A stretch of DNA of 64,000 nucleotides. It comes from a virus. Lineage: Duplodnaviria > Caudoviricetes. Of this stretch, positions 38,873 through 48,791 are shown in pieces (the first letter of the stretch is position 1; each line of letters begins with the position of its first letter). The DNA lies in the IMG/VR virus record IMGVR_UViG_3300037067_006336, positions 32,001 to 96,000 of that record; one strand, written 5' to 3'. The position numbers and the translations under genes are program-made. The notes beneath the pieces are model-generated. The model had not been told where the DNA came from, did not search any database, and saw nothing but the letters and a program-made list of their open reading frames with translations.

Positions 38873-40384
38873 ATGACAACAGTTAAGAACATATTGAAAG
38901 ATTACCTCAGCGAGAGGGTACCGAGGAAAGTAACCAACGTCTTGTGGGAGATGTTCAACGGTTTCGAGGCTGCTTACGAGTTGATCGAGTACCGGTTGAA
39001 CGTTTCGAAACGAGAGAGGAACATAATCACGGCACAGAACTTGTCCAGTTTGAGGTCACATGCCGCGTCGAATGGTTTCGAGCCAACATTGATGATACCG
39101 GCGAGCGGGTTACTACAGGTAGAGGTTAACCCGAAGTTGTTCAAGAGGGCAGGATACCCGTTGTACATCACCCCTTACTCCACGTTCACTGACAAGATAT
39201 CGAAAAGGAAATATTACTACTCTAGTGACAAGACATTATCACTATCGAGTGGTTCCATGTTGATACCGGTAATCGAGGGAGAAGTAAAGACAGTAACATT
39301 CGATTCAACAGCAGATCATGTCAACAGGTTCTACTTGCTTGATCATAACATATCGAACGGTTCAGTAACACTAGAGGTTAACGGAACAAGATACCTCGAG
39401 GTTAAATCGTTCCCGGATAACAACGGTGTTAATAGTAACAAGCAATTCATGATCAAGTTCGGCAATGATATATCAAGACCTATCGTGATATACGCAACTG
39501 GTATCGATTACAAGCAGAAGGTTAATATATCATACAGGGTATGTAACGGTGAACTTGGTAACATCACCGGTCAACACGAGTTCGAGACTCAAGATATCAT
39601 CGATAACCTTGGTTCGATGGTTGAGGCTGGTGATGATGAGTTAACCATTGTTAATGTTAATGGTTTCGACCTTGGATCGAACGGTACCGACGAGAATATG
39701 TTACGTGCATCGATAGGTTTTAACCACGGTGTATCATTATTATTCGATAACCTTTCATACACTGCATTCATCGGTAAGTACTCGACACTGGTTTTACAAG
39801 GTATATCGAACCCTGATGATAACAAGCAGATAAATAACATAAGGGTATTCAAGAAGCAATCGATCAATACAAGCTCAACTAATCCAATCGACTTCATAAA
39901 CCAGTACAAGGATATCATATCGAACAACCGCTATGTGTTATCGAGTGTTGACAAGGTTAACCTGTCTAACACCATATCGAAGAATGAATACACGCTTACA
40001 TCACATAACCTGGTTGACCCTGTTACATGCAAGTTCGCGTTCCAGTTGTTGATGCCTGATGAGGCTACCATGGAAAAGCATTCACTGGCTGTCATGAAGT
40101 TGTTGTACGCGGGGTTCTCGACGTTCCTTCACAAGCGTGATCACGTTGTAAACATAGATTCCTTGATGAGTACATACATGCAGGATAACGACGTGAAGTT
40201 CGAGTACACCGTGTTCAACTCTATCGATGAATCAAGGAAACTAGATGGGAAGGTAGACGTGGTGACATCGTACATCGTGTCCCATGATTCTTACCTTCCT
40301 GTTATCAAGGGAGATTTCAACATATGTGATGCTGGTTTCAACGCTTACAAGCTGTTCTTCGACGTTAACGCCGTCGTGAAGTAA
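38873..40384 (+). CDS. baseplate wedge protein (gp6/baseplate J-like)
   Basis: E.NI.TAQ..SSLR..A...G.EP....ASG, IKFGN, YRVCNG..GN, G...E. Confidence 0.8.
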   Translation: MTTVKNILKDYLSERVPRKVTNVLWEMFNGFEAAYELIEYRLNVSKRERNIITAQNLSSLRSHAASNGFEPTLMIPASGLLQVEVNPKLFKRAGYPLYITPYSTFTDKISKRKYYYSSDKTLSLSSGSMLIPVIEGEVKTVTFDSTADHVNRFYLLDHNISNGSVTLEVNGTRYLEVKSFPDNNGVNSNKQFMIKFGNDISRPIVIYATGIDYKQKVNISYRVCNGELGNITGQHEFETQDIIDNLGSMVEAGDDELTIVNVNGFDLGSNGTDENMLRASIGFNHGVSLLFDNLSYTAFIGKYSTLVLQGISNPDDNKQINNIRVFKKQSINTSSTNPIDFINQYKDIISNNRYVLSSVDKVNLSNTISKNEYTLTSHNLVDPVTCKFAFQLLMPDEATMEKHSLAVMKLLYAGFSTFLHKRDHVVNIDSLMSTYMQDNDVKFEYTVFNSIDESRKLDGKVDVVTSYIVSHDSYLPVIKGDFNICDAGFNAYKLFFDVNAVVK

Positions 40385-40394
40385 ATTAAAGGAA

Positions 40395-40697
40395 ATGGAA
40401 ATATTCGACAACATCGAGATGAACGGTAACACGATCGGTAACGTTAGGGTGAATAATCCTACCGATCCTAAGCACCCCGTTAACTTGGAGTACTCGGCGA
40501 TGTTCGTGCCGAGGGAACTAGATTTCAACAACCAGGTATCGTTGAACGTGACACATGATCTTGGTAGGAACCCGGTGTCGTTGAAGGTCATACTACCTGA
40601 CGGATCCGAGCTTGAATGCTCCATGAACAACATATCTAACACCATGTTCTCCGTGCATTTCAACTCGTATATAACGGGTAAACTAGTATATTATTAA
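40395..40697 (+). CDS. small fibre-associated protein
   Basis: MNGNTIGNV..PTDP.HPVN..Y followed by VTHDLGRNP module. Confidence 0.6.
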   Translation: MEIFDNIEMNGNTIGNVRVNNPTDPKHPVNLEYSAMFVPRELDFNNQVSLNVTHDLGRNPVSLKVILPDGSELECSMNNISNTMFSVHFNSYITGKLVYY

Positions 40698-40721
40698 GAT
40701 AAAACATAAAACATTTCAAGC

Positions 40722-41798
40722 ATGACAGATAAGAAGTTCGGGGTACACGTTAACATGCTCGGTAACGAGATGAGGAACGTCTCACTGGAGAAATTACCAT
40801 CACACCCGGAGAACGTTGTTGACCCTGGTGACGGTTCGATCATCAAGCTACACGTTTACGAGGGGAGGATATACTACAACACCACCGATGATACCGTGTA
40901 CATCAGGACCGCGAACGCCTGGGTAGGGTTCGGTACTGGTAGTGGTAACGCCTTGATAACGGAGGACATACCTAATTTATTAGGGGCTGATCTCGGTGGT
41001 ATTACAACCACGGGTAAGCTCGATACGGGGTTAACCGTCACGCAGGCTTTCAAGAAGTTACTCACGAAGATTTTTAATCCCACGCTGGTACAACCATCGG
41101 TATCACTGGCATCATCTGTAACAGGCACGGTTGAGGTAGGTACTATCATAACCACGTTGAACCTGACGGCCACCTTCAACCAGGGGCAGATAATCGGTGC
41201 GTTAGTCGGTGATACATGGAACCCGTCCGCCGTTCAAACGTACTCCGGTACGGCATCGAACTACACGATAGACGGTGTTGATCTTGACATGGTAAACGTC
41301 CTGTCCAAACCATCTTACGTTGTCCAACCAGGTGCTAACAATTGGAACTGTGTTGTTGATCACGTGGCTGGAACCAACCAGCCCCAGAATAGCGACGGTA
41401 CGTTCTTACCTGTTTGCCCGGCTGGTTCGAGGCCAGCGACAACATCATTGAACGGTGGAAGGTACCATTACGTGGCGGTAGATACTACCGTTGTAGCGTA
41501 CACCACCAGCGGGGCTATACGGGCGTTGAGCAACAAGAACTTCACCCGTCAAACAACAATCAACGTCCCCACAAACACGCGCCAGGTATCTATCATGTTC
41601 CCCGCGTCTGAAGGATCGTTGACGAGGGCTATAAACAGCAGCACGGGTTACGATGACGCTGGTTCTTTCGTGTTATCCAGCGTGGTTGTTGAAGGTGCTA
41701 GCGCGGGGTACTCGGTGGCTTACAATGTATACACGTTCACGTTCGTCGGACCATGGGACGGGGCGGCGTTCACATACGCCTTGACTTTCAGCGCGTGA
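40722..41798 (+). CDS. tail fibre/appendage protein
   Basis: Shared N-module (GNEMRNVSLEKL...GRIYYNT...W); T/S/G-rich Ig-like body. Confidence 0.65.
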   Translation: MTDKKFGVHVNMLGNEMRNVSLEKLPSHPENVVDPGDGSIIKLHVYEGRIYYNTTDDTVYIRTANAWVGFGTGSGNALITEDIPNLLGADLGGITTTGKLDTGLTVTQAFKKLLTKIFNPTLVQPSVSLASSVTGTVEVGTIITTLNLTATFNQGQIIGALVGDTWNPSAVQTYSGTASNYTIDGVDLDMVNVLSKPSYVVQPGANNWNCVVDHVAGTNQPQNSDGTFLPVCPAGSRPATTSLNGGRYHYVAVDTTVVAYTTSGAIRALSNKNFTRQTTINVPTNTRQVSIMFPASEGSLTRAINSSTGYDDAGSFVLSSVVVEGASAGYSVAYNVYTFTFVGPWDGAAFTYALTFSA

Positions 41799-41838
41799 CC
41801 AGTTTAGATTTTTAACAGGAAACAAAACATAACAGGAA

Positions 41839-43077
41839 ATGGCAACAGGAAAAGCAGCGATAGGGGTCCAGTTACAGCGGTTATTCGCCGGGCCGATAGA
41901 GATTGACGCGGTGTTTCAAACCACACTTGCGAGGACTAATTACCTTGCGAACGGGCGTTGTTACCCGGGGCATATATGCACGTCTAACGACCCGGTAGAC
42001 CTGGGTAAACTGTTCATCGTGAACGCTGATAAAAGCGATTACTTCGTGATATCCGGGTCATCAACCAAGTCCCTTTCCCAGGTGCTTACCGATGGTAACC
42101 AGGCCAACATGACCATAGACATGGCGTCACATTCCATCATCAACCTTCAAGATGTAAACGATCCTACATCAGCCGTGTCCAAGGCATACGTGGACGCGAG
42201 GCTGGAGGGTATAAAGGGACAGATGTCGGTTGATTATGTCACCACCGGTGATCTCGGGGGAACATATGATAACGGCACGCTAGGTGTTGGTGCTACCATC
42301 ACCGCCCCCCTGGCATCTACTTCATTCCTCGATGGGTTGACGCACGAGCTGGGTGATTCGGTACTGGTAATCGATAATATAAACAAGAACGAGAACGGTT
42401 TATACGATATAACATCACTAACAACCAACCTGGTTTTAACCAGGAGCACTAAATTCGACGAGGCTACCACGGAAGTATTCTCGAATTACTTGTTCTTCGT
42501 GAAGGAAGGTGCAACGTTCAGCGGTTGCGGTTTCTTCATGACTACTGGTGCAACCGTTGTGATGGGAACTTCAGAACTAGTTTTCAACCAGTACTCGAGA
42601 CCCGCTGTTTACCAGCCTGGGTACGGGTTGTCCCTTGTAGGTAACATATTCTCGTTCAAGGCTTCAGATGCATCAGGTACCGGCCTCGAGGTTGACCCCT
42701 CGTACTCGTACAAGATGCGAGTGAAACCCGATACTACGTCAGGGGCATCGGTGGTACAAGTAAAAGTATCCGCCAACGGTACCGGGGTAGGGATAGATAA
42801 CGATACCATCAAGAAGGATGTTAACGGTGACATGTACGTTAACGGGTACGCCGCAAAGGTTAACAAGGTTGAGCTTGATAACGTGGTGATAGCGATAGGC
42901 ACGAGTACTCTCGACCATAACTTGAACAAGGCAGAGTTAACCGAGGTGATCGTGTACGATACATCGAATGCCGGGAAAGAGAAAATACAACTAGAGTGGA
43001 AACCAAAGGGAATGAACCAGGTAGAGGTTTACTCCAACATAACTTTCCCCGTGGCTAAAGTCATAGTGGCTGGCTAG
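41839..43077 (+). CDS. tail fibre protein
   Basis: IINL.D..DPTSAVSKAYVD, SV...TT, GDSVLV...ENGLY...LTR fibre module; C-terminal HNLN module. Confidence 0.7.
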   Translation: MATGKAAIGVQLQRLFAGPIEIDAVFQTTLARTNYLANGRCYPGHICTSNDPVDLGKLFIVNADKSDYFVISGSSTKSLSQVLTDGNQANMTIDMASHSIINLQDVNDPTSAVSKAYVDARLEGIKGQMSVDYVTTGDLGGTYDNGTLGVGATITAPLASTSFLDGLTHELGDSVLVIDNINKNENGLYDITSLTTNLVLTRSTKFDEATTEVFSNYLFFVKEGATFSGCGFFMTTGATVVMGTSELVFNQYSRPAVYQPGYGLSLVGNIFSFKASDASGTGLEVDPSYSYKMRVKPDTTSGASVVQVKVSANGTGVGIDNDTIKKDVNGDMYVNGYAAKVNKVELDNVVIAIGTSTLDHNLNKAELTEVIVYDTSNAGKEKIQLEWKPKGMNQVEVYSNITFPVAKVIVAG

Positions 43078-43108
43078 GTAAATAACACAACCAGGAAAAG
43101 ATAAAGAT

Positions 43109-45040
43109 ATGACCGATTTCACCAGGAAACACGGAACGCACCAGGATTATTCCGGGCAGGAATTGCGGAACTTCTCCCTGGAGAAACTCGATTCCCACCC
43201 GGTTATCGCGTTCAGGGGCAGGTCGTATTACAACACCGTGGATGAATGTCCTTACTTCCATGACGGGACTAACTGGATCAAGTTGAGACAGGCAAAGGGT
43301 GGATGGTACTCGGTTGATAACATAGACCAGCGTGATTCCATACCGGTATCGCTCAGGGAGTTCGGTATGTCGATAACATACAAACATGAAGGTTTACTAG
43401 TTACTGCAGTGTTCAATTCATCAGATACGGGTGATGTATCATGGACTAACCCTTCGAACTGGAAGATGATCCAGTATGATACCGTGCAGATGGTTAACCT
43501 AACGGCGTCTAACGAGGCCGAGTTGATAGCAGCGTTGTACATGATATCCACGAGGAGGAACCAGGGTTACGGCAAGGGAGGGGAAATAATATTCACCAGT
43601 TCGATAACCTTGACGAATCTATGGGATTCGGTAGAGAATAACAACGGGGTGTACGATGCCGGTGGGGTGAAGGTAAACCTAAACGGGTACACCTTGTACC
43701 AGTCGGGAAAGACCCTTAAATTACAGGGTCAATCAATATACTTTTACAACGGCACACTATGTGGTAATAACATTGCTTACTCAGATGTTAATTACGATCA
43801 TATAGAAGGTATACACCTATTGTCGGATGCCGATGATGTAGGTTCTGGATCGACATTATTATTCAACGTGAAGTTCGACCAGGTTATATTTCTCAACTAC
43901 ATAGGAGTACAGGTAACCGCCACTAGCGTTGTTGGTAGCAATACTCTCACCAACATAACGGATATATCACTCATAGAGGTTAACGATTACCTGTTGTTAT
44001 CAACGTTTGACGGGTGGTGCAAGGTTCTATCAAGGGATGCGGTTAACAATTCAGCCGTGCTTGATAAAACATGCACCGGTAAATCATTGCCCGTCATGAA
44101 GGCCGATGTTACCACCGGTAGTGATATCCTGACAAATGTTGTCAATTCTTTCGCCTTCAATAACGGTGACACCTTACTTGTGGATGGTTTCCCGGGTGAA
44201 GTTACGGTGGTATCCAAGATAGATGACAACACGGTACAGGTATCTGCACAAGCATTGACCACCATAGAATCATCAATATTCAGGTTGAAGAAGACGTACA
44301 ATGTCACGTCGATATCTTCCAACAGGGTATATGCCGGTAAACACAATATAAGGGGGGCGATATCAACATCGAACTCCAACGCGGGGACCATAGGTTTTAA
44401 CCTTTGTTACTTCATGTCATGGACAGGTCATGAATCTGGTGGTTACGAGCCATCCATCGATGTTTGCCCGTTCACTATCGACTCCCCGGGTAGCATTACT
44501 GTTTACAATCATTTCAACGGTGTTCACCAGTCGGGGATATACTCATCATATTTAAGGGTTGGATTAAAGACTTCCATCAAACATGATGCCAGCTTGTCGT
44601 TCTTCGTTGACCCTAACCAGACCAGGAAGAATGCTGATGGTTCCGACGGTGTATTCGTGGATAACCCCTTGTACAGGATTTTTAATAGCAACAAGATAGC
44701 CGCGTTTAACACCAGGTTCAACGCGCAGGTAGAATCCTACATGGAGGAAACCTCTACTGATGTAGGGGGAAGGTACATCCTCATCACCGGGAATGACGGC
44801 ATACCGAGGAAGTTACAACTAAGCAAGATAATGCCTTCCACGGCTGATCACGTTACCGTGTTCGTGGATAGTACCTCGGTAACGGTGGAACACGGTCTGT
44901 CGAAGAGACCCCACGTCACGGTTTACTTGTTGGATGGCAGGGAGGTGGAGGGAGAGGTGTTACTTGACGTGGATAACCCGCTCGACAAGCTGGTATTCAA
45001 CAGTAATATAAGTATATCAGGGTACCTTAGGTGCTCGTGA
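43109..45040 (+). CDS. tail fibre/appendage protein
   Basis: Shared N-module, RDSIP..LR.GM, internal duplicated GS..LTN domain, C-terminal HGLSKRP module. Confidence 0.65.
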   Translation: MTDFTRKHGTHQDYSGQELRNFSLEKLDSHPVIAFRGRSYYNTVDECPYFHDGTNWIKLRQAKGGWYSVDNIDQRDSIPVSLREFGMSITYKHEGLLVTAVFNSSDTGDVSWTNPSNWKMIQYDTVQMVNLTASNEAELIAALYMISTRRNQGYGKGGEIIFTSSITLTNLWDSVENNNGVYDAGGVKVNLNGYTLYQSGKTLKLQGQSIYFYNGTLCGNNIAYSDVNYDHIEGIHLLSDADDVGSGSTLLFNVKFDQVIFLNYIGVQVTATSVVGSNTLTNITDISLIEVNDYLLLSTFDGWCKVLSRDAVNNSAVLDKTCTGKSLPVMKADVTTGSDILTNVVNSFAFNNGDTLLVDGFPGEVTVVSKIDDNTVQVSAQALTTIESSIFRLKKTYNVTSISSNRVYAGKHNIRGAISTSNSNAGTIGFNLCYFMSWTGHESGGYEPSIDVCPFTIDSPGSITVYNHFNGVHQSGIYSSYLRVGLKTSIKHDASLSFFVDPNQTRKNADGSDGVFVDNPLYRIFNSNKIAAFNTRFNAQVESYMEETSTDVGGRYILITGNDGIPRKLQLSKIMPSTADHVTVFVDSTSVTVEHGLSKRPHVTVYLLDGREVEGEVLLDVDNPLDKLVFNSNISISGYLRCS

Positions 45041-45062
45041 ACAACGATAAAGAAAAGAAGAA

Positions 45063-46565
45063 ATGGCCAAGAAAGATTTCGTGGTAGGAGTGGACCTGAA
45101 CAGGCAGCACTTGTTGAACGCCGTCATGATGGAACTAGAGGCAGACCCGGAGGATTTGCAAGCCTTGTATTACTTCAACACGGTTTCCAGGAAGATACGT
45201 TACCACGACGGGAACGTGTGGAAGGATGTCATCGGGGGAACCGTGACACGATCTTACATCATAGATAGATCGATAGCGGGGGGTACAAGTGCTGAAATAT
45301 TACCTGGTAACAGGTATGAAACAGGTTCATGCATGGTATTTGCCTGTGGTGTATGCCAGCATAACATCACGGAGTCTGTCGCACGTGACAAGGTGACACT
45401 TGACCACGTCCCACCGGCGGGGACAGAATTAACCATGCAATACATCCCTGATATGACATTGTTCGCCGGTGCCATAACAGGTTACACTACCGAGGTAGCA
45501 CCAGGTACGATGTTAACCCTTCAATCCCATGCCTTCGGGGGTGTTGGTACGAAGGTTGTTACCTGGTATGTTGGTGGTGTGGTTGCTGGCACCGGGACTA
45601 CACTGGAATTTACACCGACAAGTAGCGTGGATGTTCACTATGAAGTAACGGACGAAGAACTTATTTATGCCGAATCACAAGTTATTAATGTGGTAGTACG
45701 ACAAACAATTTATTTGTTGGATAATGTTTACCCGAGTGGTATTAATATTTCTGATATGTATGATAATCGCACCACGACTTATGACATTGCCGTTAAATCA
45801 AATGGTGATATACTGGTTGCGGCTGGTTATAAGGTTTATACCTTTAATGGTTCATCGTGGGATTCAGGAGTTAACTATGGTAATGCTCAAATTACCAGTA
45901 TGATAATACTTGATGATGATACCATGATGATTGGTGATTTTTATGGCAAGGTTCACGCGATTAGTGGAACAAATATTACACAAACGATAGAGTTGGGCGG
46001 TTTCGAAAATCCGGTAATTTCCATTATCGCGTTACCAAATGGGGTTAAGTTTGCTTTGATTGAAAGTGGTAAAGTATTCAGATTCGACGGTACTTCATGG
46101 GATTCTGGAGTTCAATTAGCAGATTCACGTGCCTCTTGCATGTATTTGCTGAAGAATGGAAATATATTGGTGGGATATAATACCGGGACTATTTTTAAAT
46201 TTAACGGAGCTATATGGGATTCAGGCACATATATATGTAGTGAAGCTATACAAAGCATATGTGAATTATCGGATGGAAGATTAATGACTGCGGTGTATAA
46301 TTCCATCTACACGTATAATGGAACAACATGGGATTCAGGAGTATCTATAATCTCGGGAAGCTGTTCAACCATTATTGAATTACCTGATGGAAGTGTGTTA
46401 GCCGTTTACGATTTAGGGTTATTCAAATACGATGGGATAACATGGGAATATAATGCGCCTACATTTTTGCGCAAATTCCACACCTTAACCAATGGTGATG
46501 TCATTGCAAGTGCAGATTCTGATGATGTCAATGGACTATGTATTGTTACACACGGTAATGTATAA
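45063..46565 (+). CDS. fibre/receptor-binding protein with beta-propeller repeats
   Basis: Shared N-module; about 5 repeats of (F/Y)(N/D)G..WDSG. Confidence 0.65.
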   Translation: MAKKDFVVGVDLNRQHLLNAVMMELEADPEDLQALYYFNTVSRKIRYHDGNVWKDVIGGTVTRSYIIDRSIAGGTSAEILPGNRYETGSCMVFACGVCQHNITESVARDKVTLDHVPPAGTELTMQYIPDMTLFAGAITGYTTEVAPGTMLTLQSHAFGGVGTKVVTWYVGGVVAGTGTTLEFTPTSSVDVHYEVTDEELIYAESQVINVVVRQTIYLLDNVYPSGINISDMYDNRTTTYDIAVKSNGDILVAAGYKVYTFNGSSWDSGVNYGNAQITSMIILDDDTMMIGDFYGKVHAISGTNITQTIELGGFENPVISIIALPNGVKFALIESGKVFRFDGTSWDSGVQLADSRASCMYLLKNGNILVGYNTGTIFKFNGAIWDSGTYICSEAIQSICELSDGRLMTAVYNSIYTYNGTTWDSGVSIISGSCSTIIELPDGSVLAVYDLGLFKYDGITWEYNAPTFLRKFHTLTNGDVIASADSDDVNGLCIVTHGNV

Positions 46566-46638
46566 CCAACCATATATACAGACATCCTAATCAACGGTAA
46601 TATATCAGAATCATTTAATATTTTAACATTCCTGGAAA

Positions 46639-48159
46639 ATGACAAGTAAAGTTAAGAAACCATACCTGGATATCACGGATTCTGTAGAAACAGAAGATAT
46701 AAAGGACGGTGCAGTAACATCCCAGAAACTAGCAGAAACATACGTTGTTAACGAGGGCATCGTGTCATCATTAGTAGGTATCACAGGTTCTGGTCTTGTA
46801 AAGAAGGTTGGTGACGAATTAGAAATAGACACCAGGGTATTATCTATCGCTGGACACGAGCATTCACCTTCAATATTCTCCAGGGTACTCGATAGTACGT
46901 CAACCCCCTTAACGAAGGCAAACATAAGGTGCGTGGTCATGTCCGATGATGGTACGCATGTCTATGTTGTTGGTAGGTCACCTTCCGGTAGCATATTGAA
47001 CGTGAGTCATGATGCAGGGGTTACGTTCGAAAGCATAACCGGCCAACACACGGTGGATAATGCACAACTAGATCATGTTTCATGTTCCATCGATGGATCG
47101 GTGGTTGTTATAATCGATCAGTACTACACGCAGAACGCTTACGTGTCGTTTGATTCCGGGGTAACTTTTAACCTGGTAACCATTAATACAGGTTACTTGA
47201 ACGGTTGGAAGACTTCGTGTTTCGATGATTACGGTAACATGTACATGGCCGGTAGCCAGGGGTTAGCATACTGCCAGTACGGTAGTACTAACTTCTTCAT
47301 AACTGCATTTCCAGGTGAATCTCTTTGGAATGTGGCCGTCTCACCATCAGGAGTACACGTGGTAACATCACTTTCTGATAACAGTGGTTCTTACGTTATG
47401 AACACCTTTAATAGTAATTCGGTGTTATGTCCTGAAATAAAATCTTCAAGCGGTAATATAAAAGTTAATAACAGTGGTGTTATATTCTTCAATAACAATA
47501 ATGGTGCCGTAGGCATAAGTACGGATGGTGGCAGGACAACAACCTTGATACCACTTGTCGTATCGGGGGATATTTTTGTTTTCAATGATATGGCTAACGC
47601 GCTTATAACAGATTCCACGAGTGGTTCTTTATATGAATCGATAGACCTGGGTGCCACCATATCGTTTCCACCAATATACACTAATAATTCTTTCAACGGG
47701 TTAACCTTTGTAACATCCAACAGGGACGGTTCACATGTTTACCTAATAGACGAGATGTTCCCATCAACCCTCGTGCATCTTGTATTCCGGCATGTCACCA
47801 ATATACCGATAACGTTCGAGAAGGGTATAATACTAGCTGAAACAGATGAAATTTTAATACCCCCTGCAGGTTACCAGGGGTTAAACGTTAACACGTCTGG
47901 AAAGGCAACATTAACAAATTCCACGGGGGAAACCCAGGTAATAGGTAATTCATTGACCAGGGTTTTCACCGGTGTATCAATTGTTGCCGATGATTCCAAT
48001 GTCCTGACACACGATCTAAACACCATTAATGTCAATGTCACGGTAAGGGATGAATCCGATGATACCGAGGTGGAGGTGCCCTGGAAACCAGTATCGGTTA
48101 CACAGGTAAGGATTTCATCAACCGCTGCTTTCACGGCAACCGTCAAGTTACAAGCGTAA
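46639..48159 (+). CDS. fibre/receptor-binding protein with Asp-box (BNR) propeller
   Basis: IKDGAVTSQKL; Asp-boxes SHDAGVTF, SFDSGVTF, STDGGRT, SIDLGAT; C-terminal THDLNT module. Confidence 0.7.
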   Translation: MTSKVKKPYLDITDSVETEDIKDGAVTSQKLAETYVVNEGIVSSLVGITGSGLVKKVGDELEIDTRVLSIAGHEHSPSIFSRVLDSTSTPLTKANIRCVVMSDDGTHVYVVGRSPSGSILNVSHDAGVTFESITGQHTVDNAQLDHVSCSIDGSVVVIIDQYYTQNAYVSFDSGVTFNLVTINTGYLNGWKTSCFDDYGNMYMAGSQGLAYCQYGSTNFFITAFPGESLWNVAVSPSGVHVVTSLSDNSGSYVMNTFNSNSVLCPEIKSSSGNIKVNNSGVIFFNNNNGAVGISTDGGRTTTLIPLVVSGDIFVFNDMANALITDSTSGSLYESIDLGATISFPPIYTNNSFNGLTFVTSNRDGSHVYLIDEMFPSTLVHLVFRHVTNIPITFEKGIILAETDEILIPPAGYQGLNVNTSGKATLTNSTGETQVIGNSLTRVFTGVSIVADDSNVLTHDLNTINVNVTVRDESDDTEVEVPWKPVSVTQVRISSTAAFTATVKLQA

Positions 48160-48179
48160 ATAAATAAACAAGCACAACG

Positions 48180-48755
48180 ATGGCATTATTTTCCAAGAAG
48201 ATATTCGCTAATTTTGATTTCATGAACGTGTCCAGGTTGATGAACGTACCTGTTCCTTCCGCGGATGGTGATGCCGTTAACCGGAAGTTCTTGGGTGATA
48301 ATTACGTACCTGTAAACGGTCTAGTTAATGATATCAACATGAACTTGAAATCATTGAAATACGGTTCCTTGAACTCCCCGGGGTTCAGTTACCAGGGAGT
48401 CTTGTTGATATTGAAGGCAGGTCAGAACATATCACAGGGTCAATTCCTGTACCCGTCATATAACAATGGTAACATTGTCCTACCATCATCTAATTCATCG
48501 GAAACAACTTCCCTTGGTGTTTTCGTAGCCACGGAAAGCAAACTGGTTAACGAGGATGTAACGGTAATGTTACCGGGGGGTATAATAAGGAACTCCTCGT
48601 ACTCTTTGACAGTAGGGTCAATAGTGTTCATAAATGCAAACGGTTACCCAACGACCACCAGGCCGGATACGGGAACAACCATACTACCCGTGGGCGTGGC
48701 ATTAACACAATATTCCTACATCTTCCACCTGGGTTTCATACCAATGGGGTTATGA
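48180..48755 (+). CDS. virion decoration/fibre-associated protein
   Basis: P.ADGDAVN.K; C-terminal AG..I..G..LY...G...L..G..F...G..T..P...VGVA cement-like domain. Confidence 0.55.
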   Translation: MALFSKKIFANFDFMNVSRLMNVPVPSADGDAVNRKFLGDNYVPVNGLVNDINMNLKSLKYGSLNSPGFSYQGVLLILKAGQNISQGQFLYPSYNNGNIVLPSSNSSETTSLGVFVATESKLVNEDVTVMLPGGIIRNSSYSLTVGSIVFINANGYPTTTRPDTGTTILPVGVALTQYSYIFHLGFIPMGL

Positions 48756-48791
48756 TGGTTGTAAAGGAAAATATTGATAAAAAGTATTTAA

